From the NCBI RefSeq assembly GCF_000011805.1, contig NC_006840.2: DNA of 32,000 nucleotides, one strand, 5' to 3'. The stretch's first letter is position 1, and the number at the start of each line of letters is the position of its first letter. Below, one piece after another: positions 1-9,441 of this stretch. Origin of the DNA: Aliivibrio fischeri ES114. GTDB taxonomy: Bacteria; Pseudomonadota; Gammaproteobacteria; Enterobacterales; Vibrionaceae. The notes below the pieces were generated by a model. That model was given only the letters and a program-made list of their open reading frames with translations, was not told the DNA's origin and ran no database searches. The position numbers and the translations under genes are program-made.

Positions 1-26
1 CCTTAGCTTAAGGTGGGGTTTTTATT
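1..26 (+). terminator. Right part of a stem-loop plus T-run, cut by the window edge. It is the 3' end of an upstream + strand transcript. spf/Spot 42 occupies this position in other gamma-proteobacteria, but identity cannot be verified here.
   Basis: A local hairpin CCTTA-GCT-TAAGG is followed by TGGGG and TTTTTATTT. The partner of TGGGG would lie upstream of position 1. The site is just beyond the 3' end of engB on the opposite strand. Confidence 0.3.
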
Positions 27-84
27 TGCCTTTCGCAAACTCATTACTAACAGAGTCGCTTAGGGGCAATGGTGCTAAATAAGG

Positions 85-732
85 TTATTCAGCATCCAGA
101 TCTTCGATGAATTCATCATCTAGTTCAAAAGCAGGCGCAAACCACTCATCTAATTTAGCGCGCAGCTTATCAACACCAATGCCTTTTAAAGATGAAAACG
201 CATCAACTTCAACTTCGCCACCAAAATCAACAGCAGCTTCACGAACTTTAAGCACTTGTGCTTTACGGGCTCCGCTTTTCAGCTTGTCTGCTTTCGTTAA
301 TAGGATTTGTACTGGGATATTTTGGTCTACAGCCCAGAAAACAAGTTGTTGGTCGATGTCTTTTAGTGGATGACGAATATCCATTAATACAACCAAACCT
401 TGTAAACATTGGCGTTTTTGTAGGTATTCACCTAACGATTTCTGCCATTTCTTCTTCATTTCAAGTGGTACTTGAGCGAAACCATATCCCGGTAAATCAA
501 CGATATGACAGTTTTCTTCAACTTTAAATAAGTTAATAAGCTGAGTACGACCAGGTGTTTTAGAAGTCTTTGCTAGGCTTTTCTGGTTGGTTAAGCGATT
601 TAATGCGCTTGATTTACCCGCATTAGAACGGCCAGCGAAGGCAACTTCAATACCTTCATCTTCAGGTAGATGGCGAATATCTGGTGCACTCGTAATGAAA
701 TGCGTCTTTTGGTAGTGAATAGTTTTGCTCAC
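85..732 (-). CDS. engB: Ribosome-biogenesis GTPase EngB/YihA
   Basis: 215-aa ORF with G1 [10 protein letters not shown]3 DLPGYG and G4 TKADK. Length and layout are typical of YihA. Confidence 0.95.
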   Translation of the reverse strand: MSKTIHYQKTHFITSAPDIRHLPEDEGIEVAFAGRSNAGKSSALNRLTNQKSLAKTSKTPGRTQLINLFKVEENCHIVDLPGYGFAQVPLEMKKKWQKSLGEYLQKRQCLQGLVVLMDIRHPLKDIDQQLVFWAVDQNIPVQILLTKADKLKSGARKAQVLKVREAAVDFGGEVEVDAFSSLKGIGVDKLRAKLDEWFAPAFELDDEFIEDLDAE

Positions 733-1020
733 TGGTTAACTCCGTCTCGACTAAAACCAAGCTGTAGATAATGATCCAAGTTGGATTATTGTAGTCAGCT
801 GATTACTTTTTTGTGAAAATGTGTAAAATAACCGCATCAAGTTAGTCATTATTAACTTTTTAGTGACAAACTTAGAATGAAAACGGTAAAGGCCGCTCAT
901 TGTATCATGCTGTAGCCAATTTAGAGCGGTACTGGAAGCTTAATATCCAACACAATGTAAATAAATCTTGTTAAAAAGAGTAACTCATTGTGCAGGAACG
1001 ATAATAATAAATGGAATGTC

Positions 1021-1638
1021 ATGAAAAAATTAGCGCTGATATTAACTCTCCTAGCTAGTTGCTCAACATGGGCTCAAGGAGATATTGAAGCTGGGAAGCA
1101 AAAATCTGCAACATGTGCCGCTTGTCATGGTCAAGAAGGTAACAGTACTCTGACTCAATATCCGAATATTGCAGGCCAACACGCCGGCTATCTTGAGAAG
1201 CAACTTAAAGAATTTAAGTTAGGAATGGAAACTCAAGGTAAGCAAGGTCGTCTCGAGCCAGTAATGAGTGGTATGGCAATGCCATTAACAGAGCAAGATA
1301 TTATGGATTTATCAGCCTATTTTGCCTCGTTACCAATGGCCGACAATACAACACCAGAAGAGGTGATTCCAGAAGGTAAAGCCTTGTATTTAGCGGGTGA
1401 TATGGAGCGTGGTATTACTGCGTGTGTTGCATGTCATGGCCCTCGTGGTAACGGTACATCACTATCTGGCTTCCCTAAAATTTCTGGTCAACATGCTGAT
1501 TATGTGAAAGCGCAACTAGAGAAATTCCGTTCAGCAGATCGTGCAAATGATATGAATGCAATGATGCGTGATATTGCGAAAAAACTGACTGATGAAGACA
1601 TTGATACGTTATCGAAATATGTGGGTGGGCTGCATTAA
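1021..1638 (+). CDS. Di-haem cytochrome c4, periplasmic
   Basis: Two CxxCH haem motifs (CAACH, CVACH) in two repeated halves. A signal peptide MKKLALILTLLASCSTWAQG starts at the ATG at 1021. The track's TTG start at 988 is probably an artefactual extension. Confidence 0.9.
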   Translation: MKKLALILTLLASCSTWAQGDIEAGKQKSATCAACHGQEGNSTLTQYPNIAGQHAGYLEKQLKEFKLGMETQGKQGRLEPVMSGMAMPLTEQDIMDLSAYFASLPMADNTTPEEVIPEGKALYLAGDMERGITACVACHGPRGNGTSLSGFPKISGQHADYVKAQLEKFRSADRANDMNAMMRDIAKKLTDEDIDTLSKYVGGLH

Positions 1639-1680
1639 TTTAATGTAATTCGCATCATCATTACGTCTAAATTTAAAGAA

Positions 1681-1705
1681 GCAGCTCTTGTAGCTGTTTT
1701 TTTTA
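1681..1705 (+). terminator. Weak stem-loop with an 8-T run after cytochrome c4
   Basis: GCAGCT-CTTG-TAGCTG followed by TTTTTTTT. The stem is short (5-6 bp). Confidence 0.45.
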
Positions 1706-1792
1706 TTAAAAAATCGGTTAAAACGATTATCTTTGCACCAGTATCGGGTATACTTCCCGCCCTAGAATTTTCAGGTAGTGGAGTGGGTTCAC

Positions 1793-2434
1793 ATGCAATC
1801 TTGCCCTTTGTGTCAACATTCTAAGGCTGATGATTTCCATCAAGATAAGCGTCGTCGATATTATCGATGCCAGCAATGTCATCTTGTTTATGTGGATGAA
1901 TCAGACCGTTTAGATGCAGAGAACGAAAAAGCTCACTATGACCTCCATGAAAATAATCTTGACGATGAAGGGTATAGAACCTTCTTATCACGATTTGCAG
2001 AGCCTTTGTTGTCACGTGTTGGTGAGACACCTCAACAAGGACTAGACTTTGGGTGTGGTCCTGGACCTTTACTTGCTCATATGATGAGAGAGGCCGGTCA
2101 CCACGTCGAACTTTATGATATTTATTACGCCCCAGATAAGAGCGTGCTGAATAAGCAGTATGACTTCGTCAGTTGTACAGAAGCTGTTGAGCATTTTTAT
2201 CAACCTCAAAACGAACTGGAATTGTTATTGAGCTTGGTAAAACCTGGAGGTTGGTTAGGTATCATGACGAAACTAGCCAGGGACGAAAGCGCGTTTGCCA
2301 CTTGGCATTACAAAAATGATTTAACCCATGTCAGCTTTTTTAGCATTGAAACCTTTGAGTTTATTGCCAAGCAATATCAACTTGAACTGGAGTTTGTTGG
2401 AAAAGATGTCATTTTACTGAGGAAAACCCAGTAA
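1793..2434 (+). CDS. Class I SAM-dependent methyltransferase with an N-terminal 4-Cys zinc ribbon; substrate unknown
   Basis: SAM motif I LDFGCGPG. N-terminal CPLC...CQQC pair. GGAG lies 9 nt upstream of the ATG at 1793 (track start is GTG at 1778). The stop overlaps the yihI start as TAATG. Confidence 0.8.
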   Translation: MQSCPLCQHSKADDFHQDKRRRYYRCQQCHLVYVDESDRLDAENEKAHYDLHENNLDDEGYRTFLSRFAEPLLSRVGETPQQGLDFGCGPGPLLAHMMREAGHHVELYDIYYAPDKSVLNKQYDFVSCTEAVEHFYQPQNELELLLSLVKPGGWLGIMTKLARDESAFATWHYKNDLTHVSFFSIETFEFIAKQYQLELEFVGKDVILLRKTQ

Positions 2435-2979
2435 TGAGCCGTATTAAAAAAGCCCGTAAGCCGGGAATGTCGAGCCAACCAGTTGTTGTTACTCGTAACC
2501 GTACTGACCGTGATGTAGAAAGCCGCGAAATTAAGCGTAAAAGAAAACGTAAAGGTCTAAAAGCCGGTGCTCGTAATGCAGAAAGCAACGCAGAGCAAGC
2601 TCGTCGTAATGCACAGAAAAAAGATCCACGTATTGGTAGTAAAAAACCAATTCAATTAGTTGTTGAAGCAAAACAAAAAACAACTAAGCAAGAGCGCCGC
2701 CTAACTAACGAGCAAGAGCTAGCAATGTTAGAGAATGATGCGCAATTAATGGTTCTTTTAGATCGTCTAGACAGTGGTGAGAACCTAGGTACTGGTCTAC
2801 AGAAATACGTAGATGAAAAACTAGCTCGCATTGAACACCTAATGGGTCGTTTAGGTCTATTAGATGACGAAGAGCCAGAAGAAATTGAAGAATTCCCAGA
2901 GTTCGCAGAGCGTAAAGCAAAAAGCGATGATGATCTTCTAGCGGAATTTGATGACTTCAATATGGATGATTTTAAATAA
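2434..2979 (+). CDS. yihI: Der GTPase-activating protein YihI
   Basis: 181 aa with a strongly basic N-terminus (RKRKRKGLKAGARN) and an acidic C-terminus. Position next to hemN matches E. coli. Confidence 0.85.
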   Translation: MSRIKKARKPGMSSQPVVVTRNRTDRDVESREIKRKRKRKGLKAGARNAESNAEQARRNAQKKDPRIGSKKPIQLVVEAKQKTTKQERRLTNEQELAMLENDAQLMVLLDRLDSGENLGTGLQKYVDEKLARIEHLMGRLGLLDDEEPEEIEEFPEFAERKAKSDDDLLAEFDDFNMDDFK

Positions 2980-2981
2980 TT

Positions 2982-3473
2982 ATGTCTACAGTAACCCTGT
3001 TAGCACTGCTTGGTGGTGCAATTATTCTTGCGTTAGCCGGTTATGCTGGCAGCTTACTGATGAAGTTAAAAAAGCAAAAAGAACTGCAAGAACAACATAG
3101 AAAATTGGCGATACAGCAACGTAACGCCAATATTTTTGAGAATGTGGTATTACTTTGCCAAGCAGGTCTTCAAGACCGATGTGATTTCTCAGAGCTCTCT
3201 ATTCGTTTGTACTGCATCATGGATTATCTGCAAGAAGATGAGCGTATTGATGTAGAAAAAGAATACCCAGCATTATCTGAGTTATACCATGTTGTAAAAG
3301 ACATGGCGCGTGGCGATGAAAGGCAAGAACTAGCGAAAAAAGATCGAATGAAAGATAACTTAGTTCGAACTAAGGCTGAAGCTCGCCTACAAGATGCGAT
3401 TAAAGAAGAAATTCAACAACTGCATGATCGTGTTAAACCACTGAATCAAAATATTGATATTAAAATGATCTGA
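2982..3473 (+). CDS. DUF2489-like small membrane-anchored protein
   Basis: 163 aa with a single N-terminal TM helix (LLALLGGAIILALAGYAGSLL) followed by a charged coiled region. It starts 2 nt after the yihI stop. The family name is from memory. Confidence 0.6.
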   Translation: MSTVTLLALLGGAIILALAGYAGSLLMKLKKQKELQEQHRKLAIQQRNANIFENVVLLCQAGLQDRCDFSELSIRLYCIMDYLQEDERIDVEKEYPALSELYHVVKDMARGDERQELAKKDRMKDNLVRTKAEARLQDAIKEEIQQLHDRVKPLNQNIDIKMI

Positions 3474-3581
3474 TCGACACTTCTATTTACTACTGCATTG
3501 AAGTCATCGGCTTTATGAAGCAAATGTTTTATGATGCAGGGTAATGGTGTCAGTGCAGATATAAAGAGATGGAAGTAAGTC

Positions 3582-4955
3582 ATGTCAAATCAACAAATAG
3601 TATGGGACCAAGAGATCATTGAGAAGTATAACTACTCAGGTCCACGTTACACCTCTTACCCAACTGCTTTAGAGTTTCACGAAGCGTATACTCCTGCTGA
3701 ATTTGATATGGCATGTACTCAGTACCCTGAGCGCCCACTTTCTCTTTATATCCACATCCCGTTTTGCCACAAACTGTGTTACTTCTGTGGCTGTAATAAG
3801 GTGATCACTCGTCATCACCATAAAGCGGATATTTACCTTGATTCCCTAGAACTTGAAATTCGCCAACGTGCGGCACTATTTACTGAGCGTAAAGTAACGC
3901 AATTGCACTTTGGTGGCGGTACACCAACGTTTCTAACTAAAGTTCAATTCACTCGTTTAATGACCTTATTACGCGGTGAGTTCCAGTTTGAAGAGGGCGC
4001 TGAAATCAGCATCGAAGTTGACCCTCGTGAAATAGAATTGGATATGCTGGATCACTTACGTGATGAAGGGTTCAACCGTCTAAGTATTGGTGTTCAAGAT
4101 TTCAATAAAGAAGTGCAGCAGTTGGTTAACCGTGACCAAGATGAAGACTTCATTATTCAGATGGTACAACGCGCTAAAGATCTTGGCTTCCGCTCAACGA
4201 ACCTAGATTTAATCTACGGTTTACCAAAGCAATCTGCTGATTCACTAGCTAATACGATCAAACGTGTACTAGAGATGGAACCGGGTCGCCTATCTGTATT
4301 TAACTATGCGCACATGCCAACTCTGTTTGCTGCTCAACGTAAAATTAAAGATGCCGATCTACCTGCGCCAGCTGAAAAGCTAGTAATGCTTCAAGAGACG
4401 ATTGAAACATTAACAGGTGCTGGTTATCAGTTTATCGGTATGGATCACTTTGCTTTACCTGATGATGAATTAGCGGTAGCGCAACGTGAAGGGGTTCTTC
4501 ACCGTAACTTCCAAGGTTATACCACTCAAGGTGAGTGTGACTTATTAGGTATGGGTGTATCAGCGATTTCAATGATTGGTGATAGCTACGCTCAGAATAA
4601 GAAAGATCTAAAAGAATATTACGCACAAGTTGATGAACAACGTCATGCTTTATGGCGTGGTGTGGCTTTAGATAATGATGATTTAATTCGTCGCGAAGTG
4701 ATTAAACAGCTTATTTGTAACTTCACTCTAGATACCAAAGCGATCGAAGCAGAGTTTAATTTAGACTTTGATACGTACTTTGCTGAAGACATTAAATTAC
4801 TGCAAACTTTCATTAATGATGAGTTAGTAACAATGCATGAAGGTCGTATTGATGTTGAGCTTCGTGGCCGTCTTCTGATCCGTAATATCTGTATGTGTTT
4901 TGATAAGTACTTACGTGATCGTGCTCGTCAGCAGCAGTTTTCGAGAGTTATCTAA
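3582..4955 (+). CDS. hemN: Oxygen-independent coproporphyrinogen III oxidase (radical SAM)
   Basis: 457 aa with radical-SAM cluster motif CHKLCYFCGC. Close end-to-end resemblance to E. coli HemN. Confidence 0.95.
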   Translation: MSNQQIVWDQEIIEKYNYSGPRYTSYPTALEFHEAYTPAEFDMACTQYPERPLSLYIHIPFCHKLCYFCGCNKVITRHHHKADIYLDSLELEIRQRAALFTERKVTQLHFGGGTPTFLTKVQFTRLMTLLRGEFQFEEGAEISIEVDPREIELDMLDHLRDEGFNRLSIGVQDFNKEVQQLVNRDQDEDFIIQMVQRAKDLGFRSTNLDLIYGLPKQSADSLANTIKRVLEMEPGRLSVFNYAHMPTLFAAQRKIKDADLPAPAEKLVMLQETIETLTGAGYQFIGMDHFALPDDELAVAQREGVLHRNFQGYTTQGECDLLGMGVSAISMIGDSYAQNKKDLKEYYAQVDEQRHALWRGVALDNDDLIRREVIKQLICNFTLDTKAIEAEFNLDFDTYFAEDIKLLQTFINDELVTMHEGRIDVELRGRLLIRNICMCFDKYLRDRARQQQFSRVI

Positions 4956-5009
4956 GCGTAGGGACGAGAAGCGAGTGCGGACTTTGTCCTTAAGGGGCGA
5001 GTAAGAGCC
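4956..5009. repeat. GC-rich REP/BIME-like module (GGGACGAG / GGGGCGAG type)
   Basis: GCGTAGGGACGAGAAGCGAGTGCGGACTTTGTCCTTAAGGGGCGAGTAAGAGCC. Its reverse complement matches 30186-30250 (first 26 nt: 23/26 identical by eye). Confidence 0.75.
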
Positions 5010-5031
5010 TTGTGACTTGTTTGCAAATTTG

Positions 5032-5070
5032 AAACCGTAGGTGTTAATGCACCTGCGGTTTTTTGTTTTT
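5032..5070 (+). terminator. Rho-independent terminator of hemN
   Basis: AACCGTAGGTG-TTAATG-CACCTGCGGTT (one G.U pair) followed by TTTTTGTTTTT. Confidence 0.7.
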
Positions 5071-5146
5071 AAGAGCAAGGTTTCAGGCATTGTTATTTTC
5101 TGTTTTTGTGCTGTAATTACAACGATCACCCCTGAACCCTGCTCTT
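5071..5146. repeat. REP-like inverted pair of the GGTTTCAGG family
   Basis: AAGAGCAAGGTTTCAGG (5071-5087) against CCTGAACCCTGCTCTT (5131-5146). The right arm overlaps the asnC stop codon. Confidence 0.6.
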
Positions 5147-5606
5147 AAGGCTTCACATTACGACTAATAGGATTCTGCAGCGAGATCAGCGTCTCTGTCG
5201 ACTGCACTTCATCAATCGCTTGCAGTTTATCAATCAAGACATATTGCAACTCTTCAATGCTCTTGCACATTAACTTGACGAAGATATTGTAAGCACCCGT
5301 GGTGTAATAGGCTTCAACCACTTCTTCCAAGGCATCGAGTTTCGCTAAGGCTGAATGATAGTCACGCGCCGCATAGAGATTAATACCAATAAAGCAGCAC
5401 ACATCGTAGCCCAAGGTTTTTGGGTTAACGACCACCTCAGTACCTTCAATGATGTTAGCCGCTTTCATTTTTTCAATACGAACATGAATGGTTGCAGGGC
5501 TTACATCAAAACGTTTTGCGAGTTCAGCGTAAGGCGTTCGAGCATCATTCATTAACGCTTGTAAAATATCTCGGTCGAGATCATCGATTTTGCTGGTTTG
5601 GTTCAT
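5145..5606 (-). CDS. asnC: AsnC/Lrp-family transcriptional regulator, close to E. coli AsnC
   Basis: 153 aa, near-colinear with E. coli AsnC as I recall it (DLDRxILxALMxxARTxYAELAKxFxVSPxTIHVRxEKMK ... QSTETLIxLQNPI). Confidence 0.85.
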   Translation of the reverse strand: MNQTSKIDDLDRDILQALMNDARTPYAELAKRFDVSPATIHVRIEKMKAANIIEGTEVVVNPKTLGYDVCCFIGINLYAARDYHSALAKLDALEEVVEAYYTTGAYNIFVKLMCKSIEELQYVLIDKLQAIDEVQSTETLISLQNPISRNVKP

Positions 5607-5746
5607 GATGCATCCTTACATAGTGGTCAATCTTTAAATTACCTTAAGATAAGAGATTCGGCGAGCACTTTATCTAGTCGTTTTTATTAATATCCATTAC
5701 CATAGGCACTGACTGTTCCTAATTATTAAGCTTGTTGGAGTGCCCT

Positions 5747-6526
5747 GTGCAAATAGCGTTATTGTCTGAAGATCCAAATCGTCAATCTGAGTTAGAGGCC
5801 ATTGCCACTCGCTGGGGATTAGAGCACGATGAAGATAATGTATTTGCGTTGGTATTAACCGATAAACAACTGGAATTGCGTAAGCGTGATGAACCAAAGC
5901 TTGGTGCTATTTTTGTTGATTTGGTATCAGGTGCGGTTGCTCATCGTCGTAAATTTGGTGGTGGTAAAGGGCAATCTATTGCTAAAGCGGTGGGCTTAAA
6001 CAAAGGTGCGACACCGATTGTACTTGATGGAACGGCAGGGTTAGGTCGAGATGCGTTTGTATTGGCTTCTCTTGGCTGTAAAGTGCAAATGGTTGAGCGT
6101 CATCCTGTTGTTGCCGCATTGTTGGATGATGGGTTAGCTCGAGCAAAACAAGATGCTGAGATAGGTGTGTGGGTTGCTGAGCGCATGTCGTTATTACACG
6201 CTTCAAGTCATGACGCATTAGAGCAATTGATGGCTCAAGATGATTTTGTACAGCCAGATGTTGTGTATTTAGACCCTATGTATCCGCATCCGGTGAACAA
6301 AAAGAAAAGCGCATTAGTAAAAAAAGAAATGCGTGTTTTCCAATCCTTAGTTGGTGCAGATAATGATGCCGATGCTTTGTTGGCACCGGCATTATCGATG
6401 GCGACAAAACGAGTGGTCGTTAAACGCCCTGATTACGCAGAGTGGTTAGATAATCAAAAACCATCGATGGCGATTGAAACGAAAAAGAACCGTTTCGATG
6501 TCTACGTAAATGCCGCAATGGCTTAA
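5747..6526 (+). CDS. rsmJ: 16S rRNA (guanine1516-N2)-methyltransferase RsmJ (YhiQ)
   Basis: Strong resemblance to E. coli RsmJ ([48 protein letters not shown]). The GTG at 5747 has GGAG 6 nt upstream. The track start at 5732 (TTG) is possible. Confidence 0.9.
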   Translation: MQIALLSEDPNRQSELEAIATRWGLEHDEDNVFALVLTDKQLELRKRDEPKLGAIFVDLVSGAVAHRRKFGGGKGQSIAKAVGLNKGATPIVLDGTAGLGRDAFVLASLGCKVQMVERHPVVAALLDDGLARAKQDAEIGVWVAERMSLLHASSHDALEQLMAQDDFVQPDVVYLDPMYPHPVNKKKSALVKKEMRVFQSLVGADNDADALLAPALSMATKRVVVKRPDYAEWLDNQKPSMAIETKKNRFDVYVNAAMA

Positions 6527-6948
6527 TCTTTAAACGGAACCACTAATACATCAATTGGACAGGTATTAATAACTTGTCTGGTTGATGACAGTAATTTACT
6601 CCAGAAATCCTGGTGGTGCCCACAGACCACTAGATTCACATCAAGGTTCTCGATAGCTTCGGTTAATTCATTGCTTAAATCACCACTACTTACCAATGTT
6701 TTGTGGATAGGGTAATCTGCAAATTCCACCAGATGCTTCATCGCTTCTTTTGATGCTTCCATCGCTTGGTGTTGTGTTTCTGCTAGGTTGATATCAATCA
6801 GACCGGTATAAAGCTCTGCATAGCTAACATCAATATGAATAAAAGAAACTTTAGCATCTAACGCTTTTGCAAGACCAACGGCTTTACTTACTAGTGCCTT
6901 GCTCTCTTCTGTTAAATCAACAGCAACAAGAATGTGTTGGTAACTCAT
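6523..6948 (-). CDS. uspA: Universal stress protein A
   Basis: 141 aa, colinear with E. coli UspA ([18 protein letters not shown]-like, [12 protein letters not shown]). The 3' end overlaps the rsmJ 3' end by 4 bp (convergent). Confidence 0.95.
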   Translation of the reverse strand: MSYQHILVAVDLTEESKALVSKAVGLAKALDAKVSFIHIDVSYAELYTGLIDINLAETQHQAMEASKEAMKHLVEFADYPIHKTLVSSGDLSNELTEAIENLDVNLVVCGHHQDFWSKLLSSTRQVINTCPIDVLVVPFKD

Positions 6949-7130
6949 GATATATCTCCTTTAAATTCAAAATTGAATTATTTGATAACTATAGATTAGC
7001 ACCAGAATTGTTCTTTTTTTGTCGTTTAGATCTCGTTCTGATTGATAGTTATTGATTAATCAAAGAACGAGGGATATATGATATAATTGTTAAAATTTCA
7101 GATGAAAATAGCTCATAAAGGAATCTAAAA

Positions 7131-7658
7131 ATGTTAGCTCAAACTATGGTTGATCACCTAAATGCACAAATTAATCTAGAATTTTTCTCATCTAATCTAT
7201 ACTTACAGATGAGTGCTTGGTGTGAAGATAAAGGCTTTGATGGCGCCGCTGAGTTTTTCCGAGCTCACGCAGCAGAAGAAATGGAGCATATGCAACGTCT
7301 GTTTACTTATGTTAGCGAAACCGGTGCAATGCCAATTTTAGGTGCAATTGAAGCGCCACAATCGGAATTCTCTGGCCTTGGTGATGTATTTCGTACAACG
7401 TTGGAGCATGAGCAAATGATCACTCAAGAGATCAACAAACTAGCTCATGTAGCTTTTACTTCTCAAGACTACTCAACGTTTAATTTCCTTCAATGGTATG
7501 TTGCTGAGCAGCATGAAGAAGAGAAATTATTCAAAGGAATTTTGGATAAAATTGACCTAGTAGGTGAAGATGGTAAAGCGCTGTTCTTTATTGATAAAGA
7601 CTTAGCCGCTTTAGCTAAATCTGGTTCTTCATCTATTATGGATAGCACTGCTGGATAA
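7131..7658 (+). CDS. ftnA: Non-haem ferritin
   Basis: 175 aa, colinear with E. coli FtnA (QMSAWC, EEMxHMQRLF, [19 protein letters not shown]). Confidence 0.95.
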   Translation: MLAQTMVDHLNAQINLEFFSSNLYLQMSAWCEDKGFDGAAEFFRAHAAEEMEHMQRLFTYVSETGAMPILGAIEAPQSEFSGLGDVFRTTLEHEQMITQEINKLAHVAFTSQDYSTFNFLQWYVAEQHEEEKLFKGILDKIDLVGEDGKALFFIDKDLAALAKSGSSSIMDSTAG

Positions 7659-7753
7659 GTATCAATCTTTGCAATGTAGTCGTCTACAGATAATGTAAGT
7701 ACATCAAGGGTCGTTATTTATCAGGCACACAGACAAGAATGTCGGAGGTGAGT

Positions 7754-8092
7754 ATGATCAGTGGCGACCTAATTTTATTAGCGTTATTTACAGTGACAGG
7801 TATTAATATAATTCGATACCTAAGTACATTAAAAACCCTTCTTTTTGTTATGAGAGAGGCACATCCATTGCTGTATCAGCAGGTTGATGGACGTGGTTTT
7901 TTCACCACGCATGGTAACTTTGGTAAGCAAACCAAATTACTCCAATATTTATGGCAAGAAGAGTATCTTGATCATCATGATACGCTCTTTGTATTTAAAT
8001 GTGAGAAAGCTCGTTATCTATTTATGTTATCTAGTGCGCTACTAGTTGTTAGTGTTGCGGTGTTTTTCTTAGTAATTAGTTTGGGCATCTAG
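7754..8092 (+). CDS. uspB: Universal stress protein B (membrane)
   Basis: Resembles E. coli UspB (PLLYQxVDGxGFFTxHG, DHHD, two TM segments). The start is taken at MISGD (7754). The track start at 7739 adds 5 aa. Confidence 0.85.
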   Translation: MISGDLILLALFTVTGINIIRYLSTLKTLLFVMREAHPLLYQQVDGRGFFTTHGNFGKQTKLLQYLWQEEYLDHHDTLFVFKCEKARYLFMLSSALLVVSVAVFFLVISLGI

Positions 8093-8140
8093 CGCTGATA
8101 ATAGTACACTCCATGCCAATTAAATTTGGGTGAGAGTGTC

Positions 8141-9325
8141 ATGAAAAAAGTAGACGTAGTCGTTATCGGTGCCGGTGCTGCCGGATTAATGTGTGCAGCA
8201 GAAGCCGCGAAGCGTGGCCGTTCAGTATTAGTTGTTGACCATGCAAAAAAACCGGGACGTAAAATCCTTATTTCAGGTGGTGGTCGTTGTAATTTCACGA
8301 ATTACGATGTGACTGCGAGTAACTATGTCTGTCAAAACCCTCACTTTGTAAAATCGGCTTTATCTCAGTACACCAACTGGGACTTTATCTCTTTGATCTC
8401 TAAATATGGAATTGAGTTTGAAGAGCGCGACCATGGACAACTTTTCTGTATTGATTCTGCAAAAGAGATTGTCGATATGTTGCTTAAAGAGTGTGAATCA
8501 GTTGGCGTTAATTATCGTTATCGCTGTGAAATCTCTGGCATTAAAAAAACGGACACAGGCTTTACGCTCATGCTTGATTTAGATGAGTTAGCGTGTGAGT
8601 CCCTTGTGGTCGCAACGGGTGGTTTATCGATGCCAAAATTGGGTGCAACGCCATTTGGTTATCAGATTGCTGAGCAGTTTGGGCTTTCTATGGTACCAAC
8701 GACTGCAGGCTTAGTGCCATTCACACTGCATAAAGAAGATAAAGAAGCATTTTCTGAACTGTCTGGTATTGCGATTCCTATTGTTGTGGAATCAGAGAAC
8801 GGTAGCAGTTTTAAAGAAAACCTATTGTTTACTCATCGTGGGTTATCTGGCCCGTCTATTTTACAAATTTCATCTTATTGGAAAGCAGGACAAAAGGTAA
8901 CGATTGACCTTCTTCCTAATGACGATTTAAGTGAAGAATTAGACAAAATGCGAGAGAGCAACCCAAATCAAAGCATCAAAAACTCACTTGCTAAATTATT
9001 ACCCAAAAGAGTAGTTGAAACTCTGTTAAATAAGACTATTTTTAATGAGCGATCTCTAAAACAAGTCAATCCAAAAGAGCAGCAAGAGTTATGCTCTTTA
9101 CTTCACAAATGGCAAGTTTTACCAAATGGAACAGAAGGCTACAGAACAGCTGAGGTGACATTAGGTGGGGTAAATACAGACGAATTGTCTTCAAAAACAA
9201 TGGAATCTAAGAAAGTACCTGGCTTGTATTTTGTCGGTGAAGTCATGGATGTGAGTGGTTGGCTTGGTGGCTATAATTTCCAATGGGCATGGTCTAGTGG
9301 ATATGTAGCAGGAATTAATGTGTAG
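8141..9325 (+). CDS. YhiN/HI0933-family NAD(P)/FAD-dependent oxidoreductase
   Basis: Rossmann motif VVVIGAGAAGLMCA and family hallmark GGGRCNFTN. Start taken at MKKVD (8141). Confidence 0.85.
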   Translation: MKKVDVVVIGAGAAGLMCAAEAAKRGRSVLVVDHAKKPGRKILISGGGRCNFTNYDVTASNYVCQNPHFVKSALSQYTNWDFISLISKYGIEFEERDHGQLFCIDSAKEIVDMLLKECESVGVNYRYRCEISGIKKTDTGFTLMLDLDELACESLVVATGGLSMPKLGATPFGYQIAEQFGLSMVPTTAGLVPFTLHKEDKEAFSELSGIAIPIVVESENGSSFKENLLFTHRGLSGPSILQISSYWKAGQKVTIDLLPNDDLSEELDKMRESNPNQSIKNSLAKLLPKRVVETLLNKTIFNERSLKQVNPKEQQELCSLLHKWQVLPNGTEGYRTAEVTLGGVNTDELSSKTMESKKVPGLYFVGEVMDVSGWLGGYNFQWAWSSGYVAGINV

Positions 9326-9441
9326 TTAGTTCCATTTTTTGCACCTTTGTTCGCCTTAATTTTATAAAACGCATACGTTTCTACCGTTTCAGTTATGGAT
9401 GACATGTTGTTAATTTTATCTTTATAAGGGCTTAATAAATA

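Noticed and set aside
107-527. Track ORFs antisense to or overlapping strongly supported genes. Examples: 107-373, 258-527, 1821-2030, 2652-2960, 2705-2920, 4432-4626, 5355-5555, 5982-6218, 8089-8298, 9772-10597, 11992-12252, 12991-13173, 14202-14387, 14977-15270, 17818-18126, 20193-20423, 21206-21460, 21781-21966, 24701-24913, 25237-25446, 26216-26437, 27080-27664, 28680-29325, 30281-30696.
   Set aside because: Each lies inside a gene whose product is recognisable over its full length on the other strand or frame. Their sequences are low-complexity or have no recognisable motif. They are typical shadow ORFs.
733-1020. A possible CsrC-like sRNA, because E. coli csrC lies between yihA and yihI.
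   Set aside because: There are only about four GGA motifs in 288 bp and none sits in an obvious hairpin loop. This is not the dense GGA array expected of CsrB/C-type RNAs.
3474-3581. An FNR/ArcA-type anaerobic box upstream of hemN.
   Set aside because: Only a partial TTGAA-N4-TCGG resemblance to TTGAT-N4-ATCAA was found. That is too weak to report as a site.
4911-5129. A 72-aa minus-strand ORF and a 66-aa ORF (5697-5897) in or around intergenic repeats.
   Set aside because: They run through the REP-like repeats, the terminator and the 3' end of hemN (or the rsmJ 5' region). There is no RBS and no recognisable domain.
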